This document shows positions 14,164-28,829 of a DNA stretch of 64,000 nt, one piece after another. The DNA comes from the human T2T-CHM13v2.0 reference genome, Homo sapiens. Position 1 is the first letter of the stretch; each line of letters starts with the position of its first letter. Under the pieces are notes generated by a model, which searched no databases, had not been told where the DNA came from, and saw only the letters and a program-made list of their open reading frames with translations. The stretch lies in NCBI RefSeq assembly GCF_009914755.1, contig NC_060940.1; one strand, written 5' to 3'. Both the position numbers and the translations under genes were made by a program.

Positions 14164-15003
14164 ATGTATATTTTGAAAATGGAGGTTGTTGACTGTTCTG
14201 ACATTGCTAACTACTGCAGAAGCAGAGAAGGTCTCCTCAGGAGATATGATTGAGCAGAGGCTGTTTGGGAAACCTCTTCAGCTAGTTGAGGGAAATCTCC
14301 TACACATCCTCTAAGACCCATCTCAGATTACCCTAACTGAGGAAGCCTGCCCAGATAAGCTGCATGGTCCACCCTAAATTCAGCTCCTTGAATTTGACCT
14401 CCCCTCATCCCACACACAAAACCTTCACTGCTTAGGTGCCTTTTTCTCCAACTAAATGGTGAGCTCTTCTAAAACAGAAACTCAGTTGTTCACCTTTGTA
14501 GCCATGGACCCCATCATCATGTCTTGGAGTGGGCAAATACTCAGATGGGTCGAATAGGGAAAAAAATAACTGATGGCCAAAAGCAATTTCTATTGAAGTT
14601 CATTACCTATAAACTTCCAGTTAAGGAAATTTCCACTGAACTCAAATATGTGATGCTTTCTTGCTTATATTTTTCAACATGCAACTTATTTTTATCAAGG
14701 CCTTATCAGGCTAAATGGCCAGCATCAAAACAACAGCTTGAAGCAAGAAAGGGAAAAACAAACAAACATTTGGTCCACTGTTTTCTTGTCTTTTTATTTT
14801 TTTTCCAACACAATGCCCAGTGGTCCATTTTGTAGTTTACACGATTTTTCTCATTGATGGATTAATCTGAGAATCCACTGACCTCAACAGTAGCTTCTGG
14901 ACTGACTCAGCTCCCTGCCTTCTCATAGTGAGTGCTTAGACAAACATCTGCTGGAGAATTAAGACCTGTAAGAAAATATGTATTTAATTTGAATAACAAA
15001 ATA

Positions 15004-15335
<332 letters not shown>

Positions 15336-15941
15336 TCATACCCAGACTTGTAAATTCTGTTATGAATTTCTAGGCTATAATCTCTGATAGGTAAAAAGTC
15401 ACCCAACCAATTGAAAAGGCTGGTAAGTCCACCCTCATTCCTCTTATCTGTACACTTCCAAGTTCAGAAGATGTAGGATATCTGTATTCTTTGTCCCTTT
15501 TAGCATAGATGCCTGTTCCCCAGGAACACTGGGCAGGTGACTATTTGCAAGCCTGTAAATAAATAAAAGTTGCAAATCTGGAATGGAGGGTGAGAATTAC
15601 TTTCTAAAAATGACTTATGGTGATGCGTTGAGAAAGAAGAGAATTGGAGGCCAATGAGCTGTGAAATGATTCAAACGGAGGGTGATATTCTAAAGTATTC
15701 CAGAGTTTGCATTCTAGACAAGGCTCTAGAGTCATAGAAAAAATAGTTATCCACAAAAATTGACACAACCCAAATTTAACAGTATATTTTTTAGATTTCT
15801 GTTAGTTTGTTTTTGCTTTTTTTTATGGCAGTCATTTCAGTTCAAGTCCACAAACAAATATTGTGGACCTACTATGTTCAAAGCACAGGAGTGAAAGGCA
15901 TATAAGTGATTATAATATAATTTTGGTATCAAGATGTTAAC

Positions 15942-16310
15942 AGAGTAGTATGCAGCCATAAAAAAGAATAAGTTCATGTCCTTTGCAGGGACATGGATGA
16001 AGCTGGAGGCCATTATCCTTAGCAAACTAACACAGGAACAAGAAAACAAATACTACATGTTCTCGCTTATAAATGGGAGCTAAATGATGAGAACACATGG
16101 ACACACTGAAGGTAACAACATACCCTGGGGTCTATCGGAGGGTGGAGGGTGAGAGGAGGGAGAGGATCAGGAAAAATAACTAATGGGTACTAGGCTTAAT
16201 GCTTAGGTGATGAAATAATCTGTACAGCAAACCCCCATGACACAAGTTTAGCTAAGTAACAAACCTGCACTTGTAACCCTGAACTTAAAATAAAATTTTT
16301 AAAAAATGCT
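15942..16310 (+). mobile_element. L1PA13-like 3' end
   Basis: gcagccataaaaaagaataagttcatgtcctttgcagggacatggatgaagctgg...ggaaaaataactaatgggtactaggcttaat...cctgaacttaaaataaaa. Confidence 0.88.
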
Positions 16311-16419
16311 ATATTAAAGCTTGAAAATGAAAAAAAAAAAAGACAATTAAAATTGTGTTTATAATAGGGATAGTCATAGTTACAACTTATTAATGCTTAC
16401 CATGTTCTTCTAGAAAAAT

Positions 16420-16860
16420 CAGTAGTGCAGAGTGGCAAGATGATAAACACAGGAGGCAATAAGCCTCCAATTAAACTTCAGATCCACCATTTAACTCACG
16501 GTGTGACTTTGAGAGATTTCCTCAATCTGTCTGCATCTCAGTTGCTCATCTGTAAATCTGAAGTAACCAAAGTATTAAAAGAGTTATTGTGAAAATCAAA
16601 TGGGTTAATACACATAAAGTACTTAGTAAAATGTAGTTAGTGCTGTGTGTGTTAGTTATAATTGCTATTATCTCTATGTGCATGAGATACATCACATATA
16701 TTGTCTTTTGGGGCAAACTGCTATTATCCTTATTTCATGGGTGAAGAAAGAGGTCAGAGAGATTAATTAATGTGTTCAAGGATACAGAGCAAGTAATGGT
16801 TAAAGCAAGGATGCAAATCTCAACCTACCTCTAAGATTCATGTTCTCACCACCACATGTC
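16420..16860. mobile_element. Two MIR copies in opposite orientation (~16420-16670 +, ~16700-16860 -)
   Basis: gtgtgactttg...ctcagttgctcatctgtaaa and its antisense equivalent. Confidence 0.6.
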
Positions 16861-17112
16861 ACTGCATACAAGGTAAGAAATATTAATAAAACACAAAAGG
16901 AAATATGTGAAAAAGGAGGCTTTGGGTAAAAACTCTGGGAATGCAAGGGGAAATGGATAGATTCATAGAAGAGATAGCATTGGAACTGAGCTTGGAGGAA
17001 GGATTTGTCCACTGACTAACTTACCTTGTATCCCCAGGATAGGCAGCCCTGGTGTGCTTTGGCTTTGACCATCTATTGTCTGATTTTTGTCAGCTTGGTG
17101 ATATTGCTTGTG

Positions 17113-17967
<855 letters not shown>

Positions 17968-19325
17968 TAGAAAAGCTATGTTTTATACATAGTAAGTACT
18001 CAATAATTATCATTAGAATGAAGAATAAATGAACGAATAAATGAATAGGAGAGGATTGGTATTTCAGGTTTTTAGTGGAACTTCAATTAAGCAAGTCGGT
18101 AGCATTCAACCAGCCCATTAGCCAGTCTTCTGATTACAAAGTAGTTGGAGCCTGTTTTGTTTAGAAAGAGATTGGTGCTTTTCAGAATGCACTGTGAGCA
18201 GAGAAAGCCTTTGGGGCTTAATTAATAATCCCTGTTTAAAATGAAAAATACACTAAAACTACAAATGTGTTGTGTGACAAGATTTCAGCCCTGTAGGTAA
18301 TCTGTTCTTTTTTCAAACATACTTTCCTCTCTATTTACTGAATCCATTATGTTAATTAAGGAAAACACCAGCTTCCAGGAATATCCCAAGGATTTGTTTT
18401 TGATTTTTGTAGTAAAGCCTCTATCATTTTAACCATATTTATTCCCTGAAAGGATAGATGTACCCATTCTTAGAATCTTTTTTTTTTTTCAGTAAATGTA
18501 ACTGAGATAACTATGTGTCAGGAGCACTTAGAACTGCAAAGACTTCAAAGAGGTTCAGCAAGAACTCTCCCCACAAGGAATCTGAAATGTGGTTGAAAAG
18601 ATGAGATAGATGCACATAACAAAGTTAAATAAAACATCAGGCAAATGACAGTAAACTATGTCACAAGAAAGGACAGAAAGCTGTGTGTGATCAAGCCCAC
18701 CTTGGTGGAAAATGACACCTGTTCCAATGGGGGTTTTTGTTTTTATAACTTTACATTCTTTGGAATATGACTGGAAAAGGCACTTTTCAATGAGTCAGCT
18801 AATACACAAACTATCCCAACCCTTTGAAAATTACTTCTGCTGGGCTCAGCCTTGGCAAAAACCTGAGGGGAAAAAAAAGAGTACATCCTACAGCCTCTGA
18901 TGTTATCAAGCCAGGTTCATTCTGCCCACACGCAGCAAGCCAATCACTGAGGTGACAGGTTTTGCAAAAGAGTGAAGATTTGATTCACAAGGCTGCTGTG
19001 CTGGGAGACAGAAGAACAAATCTCAAATCCTCTCCCTGAACATAGGGCTTGGGGGTACTTCTGGGATAGGAAGCAAGGTGGTCTAAAGTGTGAGGAAATG
19101 TGATTGTGTGGTAGGAAAGGTGAGGGAATCAGGTTTCTGTGCAAGCATAAGTGAGCTGTATGGCTCTTCACAGGACTCATGTGAAGAAAATGATGGCTTT
19201 AGCATAACTTGAGGGTGGAGTTTTGGACCTCTGCTGTCAAAAGTCACTGTTGGGGCACCCTTGTAGGCCCAGTTGAAGGGTCAGCTATCTGAACTGGCTT
19301 GAACAGAACAAGAGCTGCCCCCTAG

Positions 19326-19958
19326 TGTCAGAGGTGTTAGAACCAGAGTGACTCCGTCTTGAATACAGACTGGGTAAAATAAGGCTGAAACCTACTGGGC
19401 TGCATTCCCAGGAGGTTAGGCATTCTTAGTCAACAGGATGAGACAAGAGGTCAAAAGATACAGGTCACAAAGACCCTGCTAGTAAAAAAGGGTGTCGTAA
19501 AGAAACCAGCCAAAACCTACCAAATCCAAGATGGCGACTAAAAGTGGCCTCTGGCCATTCTCACTGGTCATTATATGCTAACCATAATGCATTAGCATGC
19601 TAAAGGACAATTTCACCAGTGCCAGGGAAGTTTAAAATGCCATGGCAATGTCCATAAATTACCCCATATGGCCTAAAAAGAAGAGGAACCCTCAATTCCA
19701 GGAATCCCCCAGCCCTTTCCCAGAAAACTCATCAATAATCTACCCTTTGTGTAACATATGATCAAGAAATAACCACAAAAATAGTCAATCAGCAGCTCTC
19801 AGGGGCTGCTCTGCCTATGACGTAGCCATTCTTTTATTCCTTTACTTTCTTAATAAACTTGCTTTTACTTTACTCTGTGGACTCACCCTGGATTCTTTCT
19901 TGCATGAGATCCAAGAAGCCTCTCCTGTGGTCTGGATTGGGATCCATTTCTGGTAATA
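19326..19958 (+). mobile_element. MER41B solo LTR
   Basis: tgtcagaggtgttagaaccagagtgactcc...taataaacttgctttt...ctggtaata, 633 bp; 4-bp TSD ctag. Confidence 0.92.
19696..19725. promoter_or_regulatory. Tandem GAS (STAT) motifs in MER41B
   Basis: TTCCAGGAA at 19696-19704 and TTCCCAGAA at 19717-19725, both TTC-N3-GAA; activity not shown. Confidence 0.55.
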
Positions 19959-20185
19959 CTAGTTCCTGAAAACCAACTTTAGGCACCTGTTACTATAGTG
20001 ACACACAGTCAGAGATGTTATCCCCCCAGGAAGCTAGTGGGAGTTGAGTCACGTATTGTTTGGCCACGTGATTTGCTAGTGGGAGTTTTTAAGATCAACC
20101 AGAAGTAAATGATTAAAAGCAAGCAAGGCAGTGAAGTTTGACGGGCTTAATCAGGGTAACCTTTGGTTTCACCAACAGTTCAAAG

Positions 20186-20400
20186 CAAAGTCTTAAATGG
20201 GGGCAGGCAAGAGAGCATGTGCAGGGGAACTGCCCTTTATAAACCGACATCTCTCATGAGACTTACTCATTTTCATGAGAAAAGCACAGGGAAACCCCAC
20301 CCCATGATTCAGTTACCTTCCACCGGGTCCCTCCCATGGCACATTACGGGAGCTACAATTCAGGATGAGATTCGGGTGGGGACACAACCAAACCACATCG
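20186..20400 (-). mobile_element. THE1 (B/D-like) partial LTR
   Basis: gcaggcaagagagcatgtgcaggggaactgccctttataa...gggtggggacacaaccaaaccacatcg. Confidence 0.88.
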
Positions 20401-20589
20401 TTCCAGAAAAATTAGGGATCTTTGGTTCACAAAAAAGATTTTCAAGTTTTTACTCAAAAAAAAATGTCATGGAAACATCTGGGGGGATTGGTTGCCATGG
20501 TTACTGTAAGATGATATGGCTTCAAAAAAGATGGACATTAAAAGGCTCCCCTCCCACTCTACCCTGGGGAGAAAAGAGATTTCTGTGAT

Positions 20590-20830
20590 GATGATGGTTA
20601 CTAATTACTCAGCACTTATCTATTCCAGCCTGAAATCTAAGCACTTTAAACATATTAATATGCCCAACCACTCAGTAAAAAAGACATTATCAATATTCCA
20701 ATTTTACGGATGAAAAACTGGAAGTGGAGAGAGGTGACCCCTTTTGCCCGAGGCTGAGCAGTCAGTAAGCAGAGAAGCCCGGATGAGACCCAGCCTGGCC
20801 CCAGGGCCCGTGTGTTTACCCTCTTCTGTG
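20590..20830 (-). mobile_element. MIR
   Basis: ccaattttacggatgaaaaactggaagtggagagaggtgac. Confidence 0.6.
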
Positions 20831-21104
20831 TTACCTCCCAAGCCATAAACAACTCGGTTACTGTGATTCTACTGAGAAGATCCTGATAGCTTGCAATTCC
20901 CTCTGCTGTGAACTCCCCCACTGAATTCTGGGGGCCCAGAGCATTTCTCAAGTCATTATTGATATCAGCTTTTTTCCCCCAGATGATCCTTGACTCATGG
21001 GGAAAGGGATCCAAGGTCCTATCAGTGAGGACAGCAAAAATAATCAAAGGCTTGACAATTCCAAGTGGTGGATCTAAGAGAAGGCAAGTCTAAGTTCCTA
21101 GCAC

Positions 21105-21470
21105 TTTTTTTTTCTTTTTTTTTTTTTGAGACAGAGTTTCACTGTTTTTGCCCAGGCTGGAGTGCAGTGTTTCTTTTTTTTTTTTTTGAGACAGAGTTTC
21201 ACTGTTTTTGCCCAGGCTGGAGTGCAGTGACGTGATCTCAGCTCACTGCCACCTCTGCTTCCTGGGTTAAAGCCATTTTCCCGTCTCAGCCTCCCAAGTA
21301 GCTGGGATTACAGGCATCCGCCACCAGGCCCAGCTAATTTTTGTATTTTTAGTAGAGATGAGGTTTCACCATGCTGGCCAGGGTGGTCTCGAACTCCTGA
21401 CCTCAGGTAATCCACCCACCTCGGCCTCCCAAAGTGCTGGGATTACAGATGTGAGCCACCGCACCCGGCC
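21105..21470 (-). mobile_element. AluS with tandem duplication of its 3' end
   Basis: Antisense Alu; 21111-21169 repeated at 21170-21229; TSD agcactttt. Confidence 0.95.
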
Positions 21471-21989
21471 TCAGCACTTTTTATACCATTTCAATAACTG
21501 TGAGAATATCTGCAAGGCATTCACCTTGTGTGACCCTTAGTTTGCTCATCTGGAAAGTGGCAATGAAATCATTTTCTTAAGATTCTGGGAGGTTTAGACG
21601 AGGTTAAGTATGCATTGGGCACATAGGAGGTGCTCAAACAGTATCAGTTCCCCAATACCCATCATTGTGGCGTTTGTATCACAGAGACCTAACAGCATCT
21701 ACCTATTTTCTATCTCTAACAGTAGCTAGCACACTCTTACATATCTAGTAGTGCTTTGATAGCTATTTGAACAAATCTTAAATAATCATTTTATTTTGTA
21801 CATAAGACATTAAGCTACAAAAATAAAGAAAAGGAGAGAGCATAGCTGACACTTTGGAGAGAAAATGTCCTTACAGAAATGTAACTGAAAAATTAGACAT
21901 ATCATTGTTATTCGGTATTTCTCAAAAATGTATGGGAGTTTGCTGTTGCAAATAGGGGGAAAATAATCATTTCATTATGACTACTGAAA

Positions 21990-22285
21990 AGTTTTGGCAA
22001 ACTGTGAAGACTATGTAACCGCTGGAGAAGAACCAGAAGTAAGCAGTGAAAATTCATTAAAAGGTCAGAAAATAAAAGGCCTATGTGAAAAGGTTAAAAA
22101 TAATTGGGATTAGTTAGCCCAGAAAGGAAAAGACCAAACGGCAACTTAATTACTGTCTTTATTCCTTTGCAAAATGAGGTCCGCTCCATCCCAGCTGTCT
22201 CTGATAATGAGAAAACTAGAAAAAGTGACCCTAAAAGAAAGCAAGGGAAATGTAGGTCATTCTTGGGACATTTTACGGGAGAGAG
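21990..22285 (+). mobile_element. L3/CR1 LINE 3' fragment
   Basis: Translation LGLVSPERKRPNGNLITVF resembles the CR1 ORF2 C-terminal LGLFSLEKRRLRGDLITVF motif. Confidence 0.65.
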
Positions 22286-22294
22286 CAAACATTT

Positions 22295-22832
22295 AAAATC
22301 CTGCCATTTGTGAAAATATGGATGCCCCTAGAGGACATCATGCTAAGTGAAATCAACCAGACACAGGAAGACAAATAGTGCATGAGCTCACTTACAACTT
22401 AAAAAAAGTCTTAAAAAAGTCAAACTCATAGAAGCAGAGAGCTCACATAAGAGCAAGAGATGGACCCTATGTCTCCTCTTTTCCCCTAGACTGATATCAA
22501 AACAGTGAGTAGTTTCCAGGGGCCAGGGGGAGAAGGACGTGGGGAGATGTTGATCAAAGGGAACAAACTTTCAATTTTAAGATGATTATGTTCCCAGTCT
22601 CTAAGGTACAGCATGGTGGCTCTGTTGTATACTTAAAATTTGCTGGAAGAGTAGATCTTAAGTATTCTCACCAAACACACACACACACACATAACTATGG
22701 AATGAGATGGATGTGTTAATTAACTTGATTGTGGTAATCATTTCACAACATATACATGTATCAAATTGTTGGTTATTTACCTTAAATATATACAATTTTT
22801 GTTTGTCTATTGTACCCTAATACATCTGGAAG
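22295..22832 (+). mobile_element. L1MA8/9-like 3' end
   Basis: gacatcatgctaagtgaaat...aaactcatagaagcagagag...gagtagatcttaagtattctcacc...cttgattgtggtaatcatttcaca. Confidence 0.85.
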
Positions 22833-23935
22833 GAGGGAAGAGGTTACCTGAAGTGATTCTAGAATTGGATATTCAGGAAAGCCTGTCTTTCAGATGTAAT
22901 GGCTTGGAAGGGGGACCTAGGGGTTGGTGGAAGAAACCAAAAATGGCACAAAAAAATGGCAGAAACTGAAGGCAGGAGACATGGCTTCTGGTGACCCTTC
23001 AAGTTCTCAAATCTTTAATACCTTGAATGTGAGCCTTGGCCTCCCCCTCATTAAATGTCTCCGCTGCTGCCAGCGTGTGAAAACCAATTACAAGGGCCTT
23101 CGTGAGAAATGAGGACTTGGTTCTGCCACAGAGCCATAGAGGGAAATAAAAGGTCAGCTCTCAAAAGCCCAGCTGGGAGTCAACTCTGCTTCTTCTGACC
23201 TCCAAACTTTCCATTAGAAGGGCAGTGATCTCAGCGATTTACCAGCATGGGCAGCTGGGCCTGTGATTAGATAAAATGCTGTTAAGGAACTGAGTTAATA
23301 CTCAGGCAGCCGCGCCTCAAGAGGACGTGCGTTCTGGGAGGGTCAAAGCCTTCCTATACTCGTTGGTAAGTTTATCTCCTTAATGGAGGAGGGGAGGTCT
23401 GGTAAATTATCAGTCTTACTATCACGCAGTCAAATGCCCCCACAGAATCCATGAATTTGAAGGTGGTTTCTTAATGGTATGTGGGTGGGGGTGGAAGGTT
23501 CATTCTGAATACTTGGGGGCTCCCTTTCCTCAGAAGGAAGCCTCTCCCATTTGTATACCCTCTAATTCCCAGTCTTCATCCATGGAACTCTAATCCCGTT
23601 AATGCCTTCTGTTTCTGCAATAGAGCCTCATCTGCTTTTCTCTTTGGCTTTAGGGAAGAGTTGTCAGTCATTTGATTCCATCTATTTGGTTTGCTGCTGT
23701 GTTGGGAATCAGGGATAGAGTTTAAGCTCGTTTATTGAAGGGGGAGAAGGAAAGAGAAAGCACCTTGCCATTGACTGGCTTTAAAACAGAGCAGAGACAT
23801 CCAGATTTCAAAATGTCAAGACTGACGCCCCCTTTGCATGTCTCCTAGTTATTCTGTTAACAGAGTCTCTTCTGCTCTGAGCTTCTTTTCTAAATGTCTT
23901 TTCTATTAGCCTAAAACCTGTGTGTGCTTTGATTA

Positions 23936-24391
<456 letters not shown>

Positions 24392-24644
24392 TCACAGGGA
24401 CCTGAGGAAAAATAAAAGCAGAAGATAAAAGCAGTTGAAGAAAAATACACGCAAACTGTGCTTAGAACTCCATTTCTGTCTGTTGGGAAAGAGGAAGCTG
24501 AATTGTAGAGAAGGAAACGTAAACAACAATATGGCATCCTTCTAAAATGAAAATGCTTAAACCTGCCAGGCTCAGAGGGACACAAAACTTTCCTCACTGT
24601 CAGGAGGTTCCTGGAGTCACCAAATCCCAAGAATGGAAATTTGT

Positions 24645-25112
24645 GCACCTACTTGGCAGACACACCTGAGAGCAAGAGTTTAACTTAAGCATACCTGAGA
24701 ATGACCCTATCATCTAAGAATCTGTGTTTGGAGTTCTAAGTGAAGGAATCCAAGAGTGGCCAACCTAGAGATCCATTCCCTATCTATGAGGAACATCTAA
24801 ATCCCCCAGCCTATCCCATGGAACACAGGCCATGCATGGAGATCAATGCCCTTTGTTTTGGGTTAAATGATGGTTGCTAGGTGTAGGTTGCTAAGGGGAG
24901 GGTGCTAAGTGAAAATGCTCTATAGACTGCATGTTTTCTATAAGTGATTGTGATTCCCCTGTCCAGTCTGCCCCCACTGGACTGCCCTGTATGTAAGTCT
25001 TCAATGAACCCTATGTCTCATTCACTGGCTCTGGGTCTCGTTAGCCTGTCAAACCTGGTGCCGTCCCTATTGAAGTCACCCCAGCTTAAAACTGGGATGA
25101 CTTAAGCATGAC
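24645..25112 (+). mobile_element. LTR47-like ERVL LTR
   Basis: aacttaagcatacctgagaatgaccct...tatctatgaggaacatct...ttttgggttaaatga...aagtgaaaatgct. Confidence 0.75.
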
Positions 25113-25279
25113 AGCACCCCAGCCTCAGAGCTCTGGTTTCAGATGTGTTTTGACCTGAAACTATGTGTGGGGCCGTAGCCATATAATTCCCAACCCAAAG
25201 GGATGTGCTGAAAAGGTAACCCAAGATGACTCAAAACTTTCCCTTCCAAAAAATGCAGTTACCTCTACTGTGTATTTGC

Positions 25280-25560
25280 AAATGCAAACTCAGCTGCCTC
25301 CAGGGCCTGACAGATAATGAAAGTGATGGAGCTTCTTAGATCTGAAGAGTGCTTGCCTGTTGGCAAGAAGCAGCCAGTAGTTAGCCTCAATAGCTTCCAA
25401 GTGGGAGCACATTGCCAGATCTTCCAAGTCTCCAAGAAAGGGCAGAAATATAACTCTTCTGTTAGACCTCCTAGTTTTGTTGTTGATGTTTCTTTGCTTG
25501 TTTTGGTTTGGTAAAAGGATGAGAAACAAAATAAATCTTTTTCCAGCTGTAGAAATCTTT
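25280..25560. mobile_element. MER102-like hAT fragment
   Basis: caaactcagctgcctccagggcctgacagataatg...cacattgccagatcttcc. Confidence 0.5.
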
Positions 25561-25621
25561 CTGGAAGAGACACAGAGACACCTGAATCTTGATGTGTCTG
25601 CAAATGTTAACAAGGAAACAA

Positions 25622-25909
25622 TTTTTTTTTTTTGATATGGAGTCTCACTCTGTTGCCCAGGCTAGAGTGCAGTGGCGCGATCTTGTCTCACTGCAACCTC
25701 CACCTCCCAGGTACAGTGATTCTCCTGCCTCAGCCTCCCAAGTAGCTGGGATTACAGGTATGCACCACCACACTTGGCTAATTTTTGTATTATTATTAGA
25801 GACAGGGTTTCACCTTGTTGGCCAGGCTGGTCTCGAACTGACTTCAGGTGATCCGCCCACCTTGGCCTCCCAAAGTGCTGGGATTACAGACATGAGCCAT
25901 CTCACCCAG
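25622..25909 (-). mobile_element. AluS
   Basis: Antisense full dimer. Confidence 0.95.
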
Positions 25910-25977
25910 CAAACAAATTCATTTAAAAAAATCCTGCAATAATATTGTACTTCAGATTTTCAAGATGTTACTGTTGG

Positions 25978-26120
25978 GGACTAGGTAAGGTGACTTATGC
26001 CTATAATCTCAGCATTTCAAGAGGCTGAGGCAGGAGGATCACTTGAGCCCCAGAGTCTGAGACCAACCTGGCCAACATAGTGAGACTTGGTCTCAACAAA
26101 AAAATAAAAATTTAAAAAAG
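25978..26120 (+). mobile_element. FLAM_C-like Alu monomer inserted in an L1M 3' fragment
   Basis: Single left monomer plus A tail; TSD gatgttactgttgg at 25964-25977 and 26121-26134. Confidence 0.85.
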
Positions 26121-27359
26121 GATGTTACTGTTGGATGGCTGGTGGAAGGGTGCATGGGAGTATATACTAAGTTTGCAACTTCCAGTGAGTCCATACCTAT
26201 TTCAACATTAATAGTTAAAAGAAAACAAGCTGCTCAAAACAAAATACTTTGCACACCAAATAAAAATAGGTTGGCAGCTGACTGTTTCCTACTCTCCTTT
26301 AGTTTGAGAGACTTCTTTCCTTCATCAGAGCCATAACTCACTGAGGGGCAAAAGCAGACCAGACTCACAAGACGGCCCATAAAAGGACTTTCCATTACAC
26401 TTCTTTTATTTTGAGACAACATACTGTTTTTTCTGGGAAAGTTCACTGGACAACAGTGGAAAACAATGTTTCAGGAATCCAACTGTACCAAATATAATGA
26501 ACATCATCTGTGTTGAAGAGATTTTATTGAGGTTGATGGTTCAATGTGACTTGGGACCAGGGAAATGAAGAAATTCTAACTAATCTTCGGAGAACTTTTT
26601 CTAGGAGAGGAGGTTTGGGAGAGGATGTCATATAGACCAAATGAATTCATTTTAGAGTCAGTGCATCTGAGTTTGAATTCCAGTTTGGCTTCTTACTGAA
26701 AGACTTTGGGAAATACTTGTCCATTTTATTATCTGTTATCTATAAAATGGGGATGGTACAATTTCCACTTCCCAGAGCTGAGATAAGATCTTAGGAAGTA
26801 ATGCACCGTGCAAGCCCTGATAATCTTTAAAGTAGCAATCCAACATAAATGACAGTGATTGTTTTCGTTACTACGTGCTGGGACATACCCCTCTGATCAA
26901 TTTTATGTCCTTGTAATCAATTCTGCATGTTCCCAAGCCCCTATGTTTTTATTTAGTTTATAGGGGCTCATTTTAAACAAGAAAATAAAACTTTCATTTA
27001 TTGCCTTGTTCTGCGACTTCTATGACACACCTGGGAAAGATTAACATTAACAAAATGGCACGCATCATAAACCATCCACTAATCTAATGCCCCTTTATTA
27101 TTCTTCTTAGGCCTCTCTTTATTCTTTTTTCTCCCCCTTGACATTATTTTCTGTCTCTTATGGGATCATCTGGACATCAATCTTGTTTAAACACAGTTTC
27201 CTTCTTGTACAAAGTAGAAGTCCAGCCTAGAAGTCCAGTAACTTACTTCCAAAGTACTTCTTGGCCTGGCAAGGCAATAATTGTCATGGAATAGCCATCT
27301 CCCAGGATCTGTGTTTTACAAAACCATCTTAGAAGGAAGCTCCTCACCCCTCCCCTTCA

Positions 27360-27879
<520 letters not shown>

Positions 27880-28084
27880 CTACTAGTCTTGATTGTCTCT
27901 CACTATGTGTGAGCAACACCAAACTGTTTGTAGAGAGCTGCTCAGAAGGTTGTGGGTCCTCATCTCTACACCTTTGCAACAGCTGCACCAGTGTTCTCCA
28001 CCTGGTTAACCCTTGTGCATTCTTCAAGATTCAGTGCCACCATGTCTCCTCCAGAAAGACTCCCAGATCTGGAAAAAGATTTCT

Positions 28085-28446
28085 CTTTCTTCCCTCCCTC
28101 TTCCCTCCCTCTTCCCTCCATCTTCCCTTCCCTTCCCTTCCCTCCTCTTTTCTGCTCTTGCTCTGTCACCCAGGCTGGAGTGCAGTGGTGCAACCTCAGC
28201 TCACTGCAACCTCTGCCCCCCTGGGCTCAAGTGATTCTTGTGTCTCAGCCTCCCAGAGAGCTGGGACCATGGGCACACACCACCATGCCTAGCTATATAT
28301 ATATATATATATATGTTGTATTTTTGATGGAGACAGGGGTCTTGTCTTGTTGCCCAGGCTGGTCTCGAACTCCTGAGCTCAAGCAGTCCACCCACCTCGG
28401 CCTCCCAAAGTGCTAGGATTACAGGTGTGAGCCACTGCACTCAGCC
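28085..28446 (-). mobile_element. AluJ with (CCCTT)n tail and (TA)n linker
   Basis: Antisense Alu; TSD tggaaaa(a)gatttct. Confidence 0.92.
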
Positions 28447-28829
28447 TGGAAAAGATTTCTTTTTCATCCTTTTGCATTTTAATTCTTGTTATGTGCTTGT
28501 CTCCCTCCTATTTATAAGTTTGTCAAGGCACCCACAGAGTCTTGTGGATCCTTCTTTGCATCTCCAGCACCTAACACAATCTCAGCACAAAGGAGGTTCT
28601 CAAGAGATGTTTGCTGAAAAACAGTTAAATTTGAATGAATTTAGATGTTAAGCTTTGTGGAGATAAAGGTTGTGTCCTTTTCTGTTCATTACTGAAGCCC
28701 AATTCCTATAATAGTCTTTGGAACCTAGTGGTCAATAAATATTTGCAGAAAGAACGAAGGAAGACACAAAGGAATGAGCATATATTGGCTTAAATATTAG
28801 TGATAGTGAAAAGAGGCTGTTATTCTTAG

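Larger units (their letters stand above)
18901..20171 (-). mobile_element. ERV1 (MER4-group) solo LTR, subfamily uncertain, interrupted by MER41B
   Basis: TG...CA termini (tgttatc...ggtttca); gagggtggagttttggacctctg and gcagcaagccaatcactgag motifs; sequence resumes across the MER41B. Confidence 0.65.
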
